Below the pieces are notes generated by a model. It had not been told where the DNA came from and did not search any database. It saw nothing but the letters and a program-made list of their open reading frames with translations. Below, piece by piece: positions 25,428-39,379 of a DNA stretch of 64,000 bases (position 1 is the stretch's first letter; the number at the start of each line of letters is the position of its first letter). The stretch covers positions 70,928,001 through 70,992,000 of the forward strand of contig NC_043003.1 in NCBI RefSeq assembly GCF_006345805.1, given 5' to 3'. The stretch is from Octopus sinensis (taxonomy: Eukaryota). The position numbers and the translations under genes are program-made.

Positions 25428-28400
25428 GCGTATGTATATATACATACATATATATGTGCATACACACACACACATACACACACACACACACACACGCATA
25501 TATATATATATAATATATATATATATATTATATATATATATACGTATGTATGTATGTATATGTATATACATACATACACGACGGATTGATGCTTGGATGG
25601 ATATAGACGTGTGTATATAAGTGTGTTTGTGTGAAGCTTTTGTCTGGACATCAGATGATAGTTGTAAACGTGCATTTATCTCATACAAGCGAAGTTATTC
25701 GCTTCCAGTCTTCCGTGAAAGAAACATGTCCGACCTCGGGGAAATATTGCCATCTTTGGAAAGAGGGGAACGTTGGCGACATGAAAGACACCCGACTGTT
25801 AAAAATCTGCTGCTACAAATTCCAGTTAACCCATGCAAGCAGGAAAAAGTGGACGTTAACTGATCATGATGATGGTGGTGGTGATGGTGGTGGTGGTGGT
25901 GGCGGCGGCGGCGGTGGTGGTGCAGAACCTCGATCCTATATTCTACAGACGACCAACACCTCTCTAACGTTAATGAATCATTAAAAGAAACAAAAATTGT
26001 TTCGTGGAGAGAGAATTCATCCTCTTTATCTTTTACTTATTTCAGTCAGCATACTGCGGCCATGCTGGGCCACTGCCTTGCAGCGATTTCAGTCGAATAG
26101 ATCGATTCCAGCACTTATACTCTTTTAAGTCTAGTACTTATTCTAGCGGTCTCATGTTCTGGCGTACTAAGTTACGGGGTCGCAAACAGAACAACATCGG
26201 TTGCCAAACGGATGTGGGACTAACACAGGCACAACAACACACAGAAATATACATGCATATATACGACAGGTTTCCACACAGTTTTCATCTACCAAATTCA
26301 CTTACAAGTTATGAGTCTATAGTTGAAGATACCTGGCCACGGTGCTGTGCAGTGGAACTGAACCCGAAACCACGTGGTTACAAAGCAAGAATCATAACCA
26401 AACACCAATGCATTGAGAGGAATTTGTTTTTTATGATATTTAAAATATAATTTTTGAATGAATGTTAACTTTTCAAAATGGGTCTCGATTATAAAAGCTT
26501 GAGAACACTGGTCTACAGTTTGAATAGTGAATGCGAACAGCCAAGGCATTTTTCAAACCTGTTACCAGCGTTGCATTATTCAAGTGTCCGAAAAACTTTG
26601 AAATCTCAAATAGTTGAGCTGCAAATAAGCATTATAGGATACATATAACTAACGTTGTTATTAGTGGCATTACCGTAAAATTACCTGTTTCTTTATTACC
26701 TACAAGGGGCTAAACATAGAGGGGACAAACAAGGACAAACAAACGGATTAAGTCGATTACATCGACCCCAGTGCGTAACTGGTACTTATTTAATCGACCC
26801 CGAAAGGCTGAATGGCAAAGTCGACCTCGGCAGAATTTGAACTCAGAACGTAGCGGCAGACGAAATACCGCTAAGCATTTCGCCCGGCATGCTAACGATT
26901 CTGCAGGCTCTGGGTGTGATGCGCTGGGTACATATCCACTCACATGCAAAAAGTTATTTGCGACAGACTAACATCTTGTTCCGGAGAAAGATTTATCTCT
27001 TGTCGGTTACTACTATGGTCAGAAGAGTGGAAGTGGTGAACGACAGAGGTTTATGGAAGAACCTACTGCGTGAAGAACTGTGTAGATTTATGCTTTATGT
27101 TTCGTAAATCGTCTGAGGTTTAGGTGATTAGTAGCAGATTAAGTATTGGGTTCAAAGTTAAATTTGTCCGATTTTTTTTTCTACTTGGCAATCGATCGTG
27201 ATATGGCTGAAAAGAGATCAAATTTACTTCAATTTCAAAGAGGATAAACAAAAATTGCGGAGGAAAAAATAAAGCTACAAAAAAAATCAACGTTACAATA
27301 AAAATACTTTTCGTTTTAATTGAAATAACATTGGAAATTATTAAAATACATGGAAAACAACGAAGGAATTTATCTGACAAAAAGAGGAACAAATTATAGA
27401 TATAAGAGTAGGTATTTCAGATAAGTATATCAGCTACACTGGCTAATCAAATAGAAACTAGCGCTATTTAGTTATTAAGGAAAAAGAGTGCAAGTGAAGG
27501 GAGACAACCTACATTTTCAGCTTTGATTTGGTAGTAAGCTTGTATACATAATACTGTTTGTACTTGTCGTTTTGTTGTTGTTAAACCACAGGTCAGACCT
27601 TACCGAGTAGACCTATGATCAAAATCGCTCCATTTTGACAATCTCGTAGTCTTCCTGACACAGTCTGTCTAGGACTAAATTGTCCAATGTGCTTTTTTTT
27701 TCAAACGACTGTACACTGAGATTTAAGGAAGATTTGACTACTATTTCTAACGCGTCAAGCGACTGCGGAGATAGTTCCTCTTTGGTTTGTTTATATGTGT
27801 GTAAGCGATGGAGAGAACTGATATATGAACATTTTGTTCTTAAATGTGTATGTGTATGCGTGTGGATATGTGCATGTGCCTGTGCCAGTATGTATGTGTA
27901 TGCATGTATGCGTGCGTGTGTGTGTGGCATAAATATATTCTCAGATTATAGTATGTGTATATATTGTTATATTCCGTATATGGAAGTTTGCTCTTTTATT
28001 CAGTTTTGTCAATAAATATAAGAAAGCCGTCAAATAAATACAATGTTGTCTTCAACTTCTTTCGTTATTGGAATATTCCCTGAATTAAATATGGCCGCCA
28101 TTCAAATCAACTGAAATTCTTTCAAAGGAACTTTATTTTGGTGAAACAAAAAAATAAACAGACAATGATTTCCAATTAAGGCTTAATTTGATAAATTGCA
28201 ATTGGTATATTTCCGGGTAAAACTATTGTACTGGGTTGTCAAACAAATTCGTTCGTTTTTTTGTTTTTGTTTTTGTTTTTTTCTACTTGATATTCCATTG
28301 TCACCATATGTCTGAAAAGAGGTAAAATTTATTCAAATTTCAAAAACGATAAGGAAAAGTTGTGAAGGAAGAAGAGAGCAACAAAGAAAAAAAAAACAAA

Positions 28401-28649
28401 AGCGAAAAACATAAAACACTACAACAAAGATATTTTTCGTATTACTTGGAAAGGATTAAAATAATTAGGAAAAAAGAACGAACTATTTATCTGACAGTTC
28501 GATATCTTACAAACCGTTTTGTTTTTAGTTCATAACAAAGAGAAACAACTTCATGTAATAAAAATGGCCGTTTGTAATTAATCATATACGTGTGTGTCTT
28601 TGACAGACTGCTGACGCGCGTTATCATTGATAAGTCCGCGATAAACGTA

Positions 28650-28832
28650 ACACGGTTCACAATTGAGCGTACTGTGTTATCTCGGATCAGTGATGAATAA
28701 ATTACTGTTAAACAAGAATAGAAGCTACCTAAGAGACTGAATGAAATTGGAACGAAGATTCGCATTGTCAACCTGCAGAAAAGTGCAATCCTGTGTTCTG
28801 CTAGAATCTTAAGAAAGATTCTTTAGATTTGA
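28650..28832 (+). mobile_element. 3' terminal fragment of an RLE-type LINE
   Basis: Ends ...NLQKSAILCSARILRKIL*, resembling the C-terminus of RLE LINE ORFs as recalled. Confidence 0.45.
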
Positions 28833-29330
28833 AGAAACTTGTCATTAAGCCTCAAAACAACATCCCTACTAACTACATACCTAAAGTTATGGATATGTTT
28901 CCACAAAATTAAAATCTGGGTTGGGTGGGGTTATAAAAAATAGCAGATTTCAGTTTGGTCTGAAGGATATTTAATTGAAAATACTGGTTGCTGCGATTTT
29001 CTAATTTTTTAATCATATTTATTTTTTTAATTTTTATTTTTATCTAGTTTCAGCTCACGAGCTGTGGCCATGCTGGGGCACCGCCATTTATATAAAAATT
29101 TTAAAAAGGAAAGAAAATGGAGATAAGGAAGTTAATAATTGTTATTATTAACATCTTCACTTCTTACTGCCGTTTCAATTAATACTCAATAATTTAATTA
29201 CAAATTTGTACTTTAAATTTACATTTATGTGACATGAGTATAATTTCCTCAGAGGGGGTGGGGAAAGGTGCACCTTTGGACGTTATATGTGGACCTATCA
29301 ATTCATTTCAGCAGACTCTGCTGAAATAAA

Positions 29331-29689
29331 TTGATAAGTCCACATATAATATCCAAAGGTACATCGTTTTTTTCTAATGAAATCATGAATTTGAACTCAG
29401 AACGTAGCTCCCATGACTTCAGGAAACATTTTTTCACGCTGAGAGTTACTGAAGCATGGAACAAACTGCCGGCATCAGTTGTTAGTTGTCGGAGCACTGC
29501 ATCCTTCAAAACTTCCATGCTTCCTGAGATTCGCCAACACTACACTTGATTTTCTCCCCTCCATACACACACAAGCATGTATCTGACTCATACATTGTTC
29601 GCTTTCCAGACATTTGTACATTACTGCATGTACTTTATATGCACTTTCTGACAAGTTGTGGCGCACCTGAGCACTACATACTATTAATT

Positions 29690-29725
<36 letters not shown>
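29331..29725 (+). mobile_element. CR1/L2-group LINE 3' fragment with (TAT)n tail
   Basis: RKHFFTLRVTEAWNKLPASVV..SFK motif, 3' UTR and simple-repeat tail. Confidence 0.8.
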
Positions 29726-29730
<5 letters not shown>

Positions 29731-30148
29731 TCATATCACATAAATGTAAATTTAAAGTTCAAATTTGTAATTAAATTATTGAGTATTAATTGAAACAGCT
29801 ATAAGGAGCAAAGATGACCAATATGTTAATAATAAACACACTCGATGTAAAGAAAATTCTAACTGGGCTCCACCTACAAGGTCATGTGCAGTTTATCTAT
29901 GTCGAGCACCTATGTGCCTTGTGCACCCCATACATACATATAAACACACATACATATAAACACAGATACATATAATAAATATGAATAAAGATATTATTCA
30001 CTTTATGTTACGAACGTTTCCATAGAATGGTTATGTATTTGCTCAATGATGTATTATGTTACATAATCACATAACCAGACCATTTCATCAGACATCTTTC
30101 TACAATAGACAGGTATACTGAGACAGACAGACAGATAGACAGACAAAC

Positions 30149-30229
<81 letters not shown>

Positions 30230-30774
30230 CAACTGTGTTCCAATCAGTTCTACCAAATTCCACTAAGATTTTGGTCAACTCATGGCTCTGTCTTCGTGTT
30301 TCTTTTTCTTTTAGAATTACACATTGAGATAATAATTGTTCACATTACAAACGGTGTAATTTTAATTAAATAAAATATCGTAGTTAATTACACCAAATAC
30401 GCTAGCGTCTGTTATACTATGGCAGTAGGCGCCTGCCCAAAGTGCCGCGCAGTAAGAAACCAAGTGGATACGAAATGAACTATTTTACTATACATCCATT
30501 CCTATTGATGTAGTGGCTATCGATAGTAATGACGTGACATTTCATAACTTATACAAACCTAAAAACATTGCCGAATGAGACTAGGTATGTGACAGATGTT
30601 TCAATAATTCTAGTTGCTGAAGGTTTGTTCATATATCGTCTGATTCCCGATCATTTTCCGTCTCGATATTGGTCTTTTGTAAAACCGTCTGCGTGTATGT
30701 ATGCGTATTTGGGCATGCGGCTCTTCTTGTTCATGTGTACTATTTGCATCGTGTGCATGCTCATATGTGTGTGT

Positions 30775-30826
<52 letters not shown>

Positions 30827-31509
30827 ATGTTTGCGCGTGCATCTGGGATTTCATGTGTGTATGTATTTGTATGTATACTTGCGTATGAGAGAACTGTCAG
30901 TATAAGTTGTACGTATGTTCGTGTGTATGTATTTGTATGTCCTTCAGTTACCGAAGACCATAAACTCTGAGCCCAAATAATTACTTTTCTTGATTCTTTT
31001 ACACGAATCTTTCTTTCTCATAAAATCTTTGTTTAAAAAACAAAATAATTAAAAATGAATTACAAGCAAAGACAAGCTGTGCCTCTACTGAGGTCACATC
31101 TGTCTAAAGTATATAAGCCTGCGGATTATTAGCTGCTTCAGCGGATTCCGGAGTTCGAATGCTGCTATTGCCGCTATGCTTTGGACTAAACATTTTATTT
31201 TGTCCTGACTTTGTCCACATAGACGCAGGCATGGCGGAGAGGTTAAGAAGCTCACTTTGCAACCACGTGGATTCAGGTTCAGTACCACTGCGTGGCACCT
31301 TGGGCATGTATCTTCTACTATAGCCCCCCCCCCCCAATTCCACCCCAATCACACTGCCACGAACTGACAATGTCTTGTGAGTGAGTTTGTAGACGGAAAC
31401 TGTGTGGAGGCTTGTTGTATATTCGTGTGTATGTGTGTACACCGTCGATCGCCTGACAACTGGTGTTGGTTCATTTGCGTGTCAGTAATTCAGCAGTTCG
31501 GTTATTCTT

Positions 31510-31685
31510 TCACTTGTTTCAGTCATTTGACTGCGGCCATGCTGGAGCACCACCTTTAGTCGAACAAATCGACCCCAGGACTTATTCTTTGTAAGCCTAG
31601 TACTTATTCTATCGGTCGCTTTTTGCTAAACCGCTAAGTTACAGGAACGTAAATACACCAGCATCGCATGTTAAGCGATGTTGGA

Positions 31686-31728
<43 letters not shown>

Positions 31729-31925
31729 ACACACACACACACACACACATACATATATACGACGGGCTTCTTTCAGTTTCCGTCTGCTGAATCCACTTAC
31801 AAGGCTTTGGTTGGTCTGAGGCTATAGTAGAAGACACTTGTCCAAGGTGCCACGTAGTGGGACTAGACCCGGAACCATGTGGTTGGTAAGCGAGCTACTT
31901 ACCACACAGCCACCCCTGCGCCTAT
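31510..31925 (-). mobile_element. Full copy of the composite CORE-type SINE
   Basis: Reverse complement of 59712-60115. Confidence 0.85.
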
Positions 31926-32739
31926 GACAAATAGATGAGAATTCTATCGATGCGGCTACATAGGTTTGAAACATCTTCCAAGACAACTAGCATCTTAGCA
32001 TAACGAATTACCACACGTTCAAACTCCATAAGCAATAATTTTCATTTTCCTTTCTAGAATTTGACTGTAAAGCTATAATATAACTATAGTGCGGCTTCTT
32101 CTCCATACGAGAAAATATGGCGAGAAGAGGTAAAGTGGCTTTGAAGGTAAGTGGTAGGAAACCAGTGAGGCCCCTCGAGACCACTGTAATAATGATAGAA
32201 AAGACAAAAGAAAAGTATTATGAACGACCTTCATTGATTTTCGATTCTTACTGGAGTCTCGTCGAATGTATCTGCATCACTTGACTAATCCCGGGGAAAC
32301 AAGTAACCAAACCGTGTTTATATGCATCAAATCTAATTGATTCAGAAAACACACACAGACATACATGTAGGCATCTACGTACGTTTGTACTCTTCTATTT
32401 TAAATTATTTGAAGTCGTCTGGTTTCTTCCAAAGATACAAAGATACAAAGCTCCATCTTTGTTATTTAGATAAAAAGAAATTCACATTTTGAACTTGAGA
32501 TATATTGTTTGCAGAAAATATAAATCCGGTGAAGCACACTCTAAGATGTAGAGCAGTGTATATTTTAATGGGGAAGGCCAGTTTATGGGATTACCTTGGG
32601 TTTCCTGTCCATTAAGAGTTTAGCTTTATGGCGTATCGTCAGACGCCAAAACCTGTTGGCCTGGGGTCTGATGATACGCCATAAAGCTAAACCCGTTATG
32701 AACGAGAAACCCAGAGTGATCCCATAAACCTTCCCCACT

Positions 32740-32807
<68 letters not shown>

Positions 32808-33142
32808 GAAGTATATTTGCCATTTAAATTTGGCTAACCCTTAAAGGTGGATGCTACTGTAGCTTGTAGTCCCAGGAAGGCATCTCCTCCAGTTGGCTAC
32901 AAGCTACAGTAGCATCCACCCTTATGGCTTAGCCACATTTAAATGGCAAATATACTTCACGATGTCGTGCAACTACTGTCTATACCTCGCTCAGAGATTT
33001 ATTATTGCTTATATATATCTTCTCATCCAAAATGGAGAAGAGTACCAACGTTCCTGTGTAGCAGGCTTGAAAATTGGTAAGAGATCCCTCATTATACGAA
33101 ACCACTGGTAGCCTTGTTAATACACAAATAAAATACGTACAT

Positions 33143-33191
<49 letters not shown>

Positions 33192-33207
33192 CGAGAGAGA
33201 GAGAGAG

Positions 33208-33260
<53 letters not shown>

Positions 33261-33821
33261 GTGTGAGTGTGTGTGTGTGGATCGCCTATGTCATAAAAAT
33301 TTAGAAACTTCGAGAAAGTGAAGTGGTTCTTTTTTAACGGTTGAACACGAAGTGCATAAAACTATAGATAATGGTTTCAAATTTTGGCAAAAGGCAGCAC
33401 TTTAAGAGAGGGGTCCGAATCGACGTTGTTTCCAGTGCTGCCCTAGTACTTATTTTATCGATCCCGACAGGACGAAAAGCAAAGTCGACCTCGGTCATCT
33501 TTGAAAAAAGGAAATTACAAATAATAGCGTGTAAATATTCACGCAGTTTCCATCGACCAAAAATTCAGCTACAAATCATTGGTGACATCTTGAACAAGGT
33601 AGGAAATTCCAGGCCATGAGGTCACGTAATGAGTTCGAACTCAGAACTAAGTAGTTGCAGGGCCTATATTTGTACTAGACTCCGCTCATTCGTTCGTGTG
33701 ATGTCACCAACGTAATAAAGCTGAAATATTACACACTGGCAGTCTTCCACCATACACCCCGCTGACAGTTTATTTCAATGCAGATATAATTACGAACTGG
33801 CTGCACATGACATTCATACAT

Positions 33822-33905
<84 letters not shown>

Positions 33906-33913
33906 TATATACA

Positions 33914-33975
<62 letters not shown>

Positions 33976-34012
33976 TGTATGTATGCATATATGTATGTGT
34001 GTGTGTGTCTGT

Positions 34013-34043
<31 letters not shown>

Positions 34044-34143
34044 CACACACATTACAGTCGTAATTACGTTTCAAAATGGTTCAACAGTTGTTTCTGTCAG
34101 TTCAGTATAGTATTGTGACAGATTGAGAAATACTAGCCATTTC

Positions 34144-34213
<70 letters not shown>

Positions 34214-34226
34214 ACAATATATATAT

Positions 34227-34270
<44 letters not shown>

Positions 34271-34337
34271 ATATGTAATTAGGTAAACTTATATGTATGC
34301 ATGTCATTGGTTATACACGCACATACACACACGTACA

Positions 34338-35100
34338 CGCACTGGGGTCGATGTAATCAACTTAATCTGTTTGTCTGTCCTTGTTTGTCCTCTCTGTGTT
34401 TAGCCCCTTGTGGATAGTAAAGAAATAGGTATCTAGTCTACGCTACGTTCTGAGTTCAAATTCCGCCGAGGTCGACTTTGCCTTTCATCCTTTCAGGGTC
34501 GATAAATTAAGTACCAGTTACGCACTGGGATCGATGTAATCAACTTAATCTGTTTGTCTGTCCCTGTTTGTCCTCTGTGTTTAGCCCCTTGTGGATAGTA
34601 AAGAAATAGGTATCTAGTCTGCGCTACGTTCTGAGTTCAAATTCCGCCGAGGTCGACTTTGCCTTTCATCCTTTCAGGGTCGATAAATTAAGTACCAGTT
34701 ACGCACTGGGGTCGATGTAATCGACTTAATCCTTTTGTCTGTCCTTGTTTGTCCCCTCTATGTCTAACCCCTTGTGGGCAATAAAGAAATAGGTATTTCG
34801 TCTTTCTGAACGTTCTGAGTTCAAATTCCGCCGAGGTCGACTTTGCCTTTTATCCATTCGAGGTCGATAAATTAAGTACCAGTTGCATACTGGAGTCGAT
34901 CTAATCGACTGATCCCCTCTCCTAAAATTTCGGGTCTTGTGCCAAGAGTAGAAAAGAATCGTTTATCACGCTTAGCAGCATTTCATCTGTCCTCGTTCTG
35001 AGTTCAAATTGCGCCCAAGTCGACTTTGTCTTTTATCCTTTCAGGATCGGTAAAATAAGTACCAGTTGAAAACTGGGGTCAATTTAATCGACTGAGGCCG
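34338..35100 (+). repeat. Head-to-tail array of 5'-truncated Meta-type SINE units (period about 183 bp)
   Basis: Unit starts at 34338, 34521, 34702 and 34886. Confidence 0.9.
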
Positions 35101-35664
35101 CTCCCTTAAACCTGCTGGGTTAATACATGCACAAGGCGGTGAGCTGGCAGAATTGTAGGACGCCAGCGAAAGAACTAGAAGGAATAGTTACTTCTAATTG
35201 ACAACGAAGTCCTCCTCACTTAAGAAAATAACTGAGGAAATAAAGTCAAAGAAGAGCTAAGATTCACTACATTTCTAAAATCACACAAATGCTTAATAGA
35301 CAAAGTTATGTATCTCTGGTGTCGTGGCTTGTCATAAGAAGTTGTAGCGAAACAAGGTTAAAGAAAGCAAGGAAATGCACTAAGCAGATAGGGTGGTCAC
35401 GACTAGAATACATCTGGTCTTTTAGTCTTTTATTTGTTTCAGTCATTTAACTGCGGCCATGCTGGAGTACCGCCTTTAGTTGAGCATATCGACCCCGGGA
35501 TTTATTGTTTCTAAGCCTAGTACTTATTTTATCGGTCTCTTTTGCCGAACCGCTAAGTTACGGTGACGTAAACGCACCAGCATCGGTTGTCAAGCGATGT
35601 GGAGGGACAAACACAGACACACAAACGTATACACTCATATATACATACATACACACACACACAC

Positions 35665-35709
<45 letters not shown>

Positions 35710-35888
35710 CGTGACTGACCAGGCTATCAGATGTTGCTGCACATCGCTGGTCACAATGCACTTCGCATTGTTTTAGCCTTCAAATGACGCCACACCGCTG
35801 GCTAAGCGAGCAGGCCAACAGAAGAAAGAGTGAGAGAAAGTTGTGGCGAAAGAGTACAGCAGGGATCGCCACCACCCCCTGCTGGAGC

Positions 35889-35919
<31 letters not shown>

Positions 35920-36512
35920 TAAGAGAGTGGTCACTATGTGGCTCACTCTAGCACTAGTAAATCCAAAAGGTTTCAACCACAAAAATACATGTTTCCCATG
36001 AAAGTCAGTACGATTGTTAGCTCACACGAACAGGGCAAATAAAAAATAACAAAAATACAGATTATTTTGGGACAATTGTTTCGCTATTAATGAATTAAAT
36101 GTAATTTTACTCACAAAAAAACTCACTTGTAGCTCCTCAGCCAAAACTATCTGGATGAAATCCACTCAATCACACGCCAGATTTTACCATAACGATAAAT
36201 ACACGTGTGGTTCAATTGATTACATCCGACGTTATAATTCAAATGCCCCTACCAACAGCGCGCCAAACTTTCACGGAAACAAATACTACACTTAGAAATA
36301 AATGTAGCATAATTATAATTAATTAATAAGGGTGAGAGAATTAGATACTAATTTAATAGTATACCTATTCAACACCAAGTGGCCCAGTGCCCCGAGAAAC
36401 CTGGATTATTATAATATTTTATAATATATTATAATATTTTATACAAAAATAAATATAAGAGAGTGATACATATATGGTACTACATGTGACGGTGGGGGAT
36501 ATGTAAACAGAA

Positions 36513-39184
36513 CCTTTCCCCCTTAACTTTTTTTTTTTACGGAATCCCACGTTTTAGGCTATCACAACTTCAAAATTTCAAATCCCCCTCTCCTCATTTC
36601 TTCATTTTTCACTTTTTCCGGAATTTTTTTTTTTTTTTTTTTTTTTTTTTTGCGAAATACGTACAAAAATACGGAGATTATGATTCTGAAACAAAAAAAA
36701 AAGAATGTTTGTAAAATTTCCATTTTTCAAAACCAAGAGAAAGGCAAAATTACGGTCTGAGTACCGTTACTGTCAAACTGGAGCACGTGGTTTTGTTTAC
36801 ATTTGAAGAAGAAGATCGTTGCTTTCCGTAAAATTTTTATCTGTTTATATTTGTGGGGTTGGGGTGGGGGAAGGGTATTTTTTCAATTCGGCGTAAAAGC
36901 GAGACGGAGAGCGCGATTGGGTCGGGGGACTTTTGAAGTTGGCGTTCCGTCTGTATGTGTATGTGTGTGTGTGTCTGTCTGTCTGTGTGAGTGCTACAAT
37001 TTTTTTTCTGCTGCTAACTTTTTATTTCTCTCGGTTTATTTGTTACTAGCAGTATCGCCCGGCGTTGCTCGGGTTTGTAAGGGAAACAACTATATAAGCA
37101 TTTTTAGAGATGTAAAGTATAATAGCCATCTCAATATGGCTAACCACAAAGGGGGTGGGGGTTACTGTAGCTTTTTACGTTCTGAGATTTAATAAATTTT
37201 TAGAGGGTTACTTCCCTTATATATGCCAAAAATGCATTAAAAATGGGAAAAATTGATGGTAATTTTTTTTTAAATCGTAGACTCATCGTAGACGCGCGCT
37301 AATACCCAGAAGGGCTCGATATGAATCACGACTATAAGATACCCGGTTTTGGTTAAACTGCACCGCAAAATGTGGGAGTAGTTAGGAATCTAAATCGTAG
37401 GAGACAGACAGCACACAACCTCACTTTTATATATAAAGATATGTTGGCGATTTTATGATCAGATTCATAGATACGTTAATATTATTATTTTTTTAACGTT
37501 TATACTATTTGTTTTGAAATGTATTATATAAATACAGGCCAGTAATTCAATTCTTGTTAGTATGAATCAGGAAGCCCTTGATACAGAAACCTTTGGAACT
37601 TAAAATATTTCATTTTATTTTCATTTTGCACACAGACGCCTGTACACATAAACACAGACTCACAAACACACACACACACACATACACACACACACACACA
37701 CACACAGTGACACACAAGCACAGACAGAATTTTTCACACACGCCTGTACATTCGAACACAGACACACAAGCTCACATACACACACTCTCACTCACGCACA
37801 TCAATTCTTCCGATTCACACCAACTTCAAAAGAATTTCCCTCATACAATCGCGCTCTCTGTCTCTTTCGCTTTTACGCTGACTTCAAAAGATCCCATTTT
37901 CCCCGAACCCCATATGTAAAAAAATACCACTCAAGCAGGCTATTCGCATGCTAGAAATAACAGCCAAATATCACAAAACTGTGATAACATAACGGAAGAA
38001 ATGTATAATCAATCTACTCACCTTTCTGCAAAGAGATTTCTTTCAGAGTAATATCCTGAAGTAATATGAAAAAGTGAAATTAAAGTGTTCTTTTTTTTTT
38101 CTTTTGAAAGTTACAAAACCACGATCAAGTGGTATGAGTTTTGTCGAGAAATGTGTTTGGAGGAAATGCTTCGACACAAATTTCCGCTCGGTGGTCCAGA
38201 TCATGAAGTAGAAATATATGAGAGCTTGCTCTTTAAAAGGAAGAGCCATGTAGGGAGAATAGGCCATCAAACGTGGGTTGTCAGGTGCTATGACACCACT
38301 GCAAAAAAAAAAAAAAAAAAAAAGATTTCCACAGTGTGTCCCCGACAGAAGCACAGCAACACTATAAGCTGTTATAATTGAAAATGTGTTACCCGGTACT
38401 ATAATACACACTGACAAATGGGCCAACTATAGGAACTTACAACAGCTGGTTTACATTCACAGAACGGTTAACCATTCAAAGAATTTCGTCGACCCTGAAA
38501 ATGGTGCTTGCACGAACCATATTGAGGCCTATTGGTCCCGTATCAAAAGATGGCTGAAGTATGTGACTGGATCATCGGGCAACATGAAATTGTCCCGCAT
38601 CGATGAATTGATGTATCGAGAAATGTTCGGATTTATTGTGAAGAAAAACTTCCAGAATTTCTATACATTTCTATACATATCTCCACTTAACTCCATCGGC
38701 GTGGCTTCTCCGAACACACTTCTTGACTAAACTCATACTTTTTTGTAGCTTTCAAAAAAAAAAAAAAAAGAAAAGAAAACCCCACTTTAATTTCACTTTG
38801 TCATATTACTGCGGGAAATTACTCTGAAAGAAATCTTTGCAGAAAGGTGAGTAGATTGATTATACATTTCTTTCATTATGTTATCGCAGTTTTGTGAGAT
38901 TTGGCTGTTATTTCTAGCATGTGAATAGCCTGCTTGGGGATTTTTTTCTTTTTGAAAAATTGAAATTTTACAAACAATTTTTTGTAGAATCATCATAATC
39001 TCTATATTTTTGTACATATTTCGCAGAAGAAAAATAAAATTCCAGAAAAAATGAAAAATGAAGAAATGAGGTGGGAGGGAATTGAAATTTTGAAGTTGCG
39101 ATTTTTGAAAATTTTTTTCAGAATCGGAATCTCCATAGCCTAAAACGTGGGATTCTGTAAAACAAAAGTTTAAGTGGGGAAAGG
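36513..39184 (+). mobile_element. Merlin/ISXO2(IS1595)-type DNA transposon remnant with long inverted repeats and nested insertions
   Basis: Transposase fragments at 38180-38620 (GGPDHEVEIYES..KRK..GR; PGTIIHTD.W..Y; HRTVNHSKNFVDPENG..TNHIE..WSRIK). 38782-39184 is the inverted copy of 37921-38087 plus 36513-36738. True termini not located. Confidence 0.8.
37046..37439 (-). mobile_element. Non-autonomous Helitron
   Basis: Minus strand starts A|TC and ends CTAG|T, with the subterminal hairpin cccg-agcaacgc-cggg about 8 nt upstream of CTAG. Confidence 0.85.
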
Positions 39185-39379
39185 GGAAAAGCTTCCTCCC
39201 CACTCCATTTTCTCGCAAATTCTTTTTTTTTTTTTTTCTACCAAAAGCCCCCGTTTTCGGATATGGATGTTCCAGAAAATTACCAAAAATCAGCATTGTG
39301 AAATTTCTTGGCACCCCTTACCCCCAGACTGCATGCCGTTCTGAACAGAATACAGTCAAGTGGCCTGAAATTGAATGCC

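Noticed and set aside
34338-34960. CRISPR-like or other repeat-spacer array
   Set aside because: Units are contiguous SINE copies without unique spacers, in a eukaryotic context.
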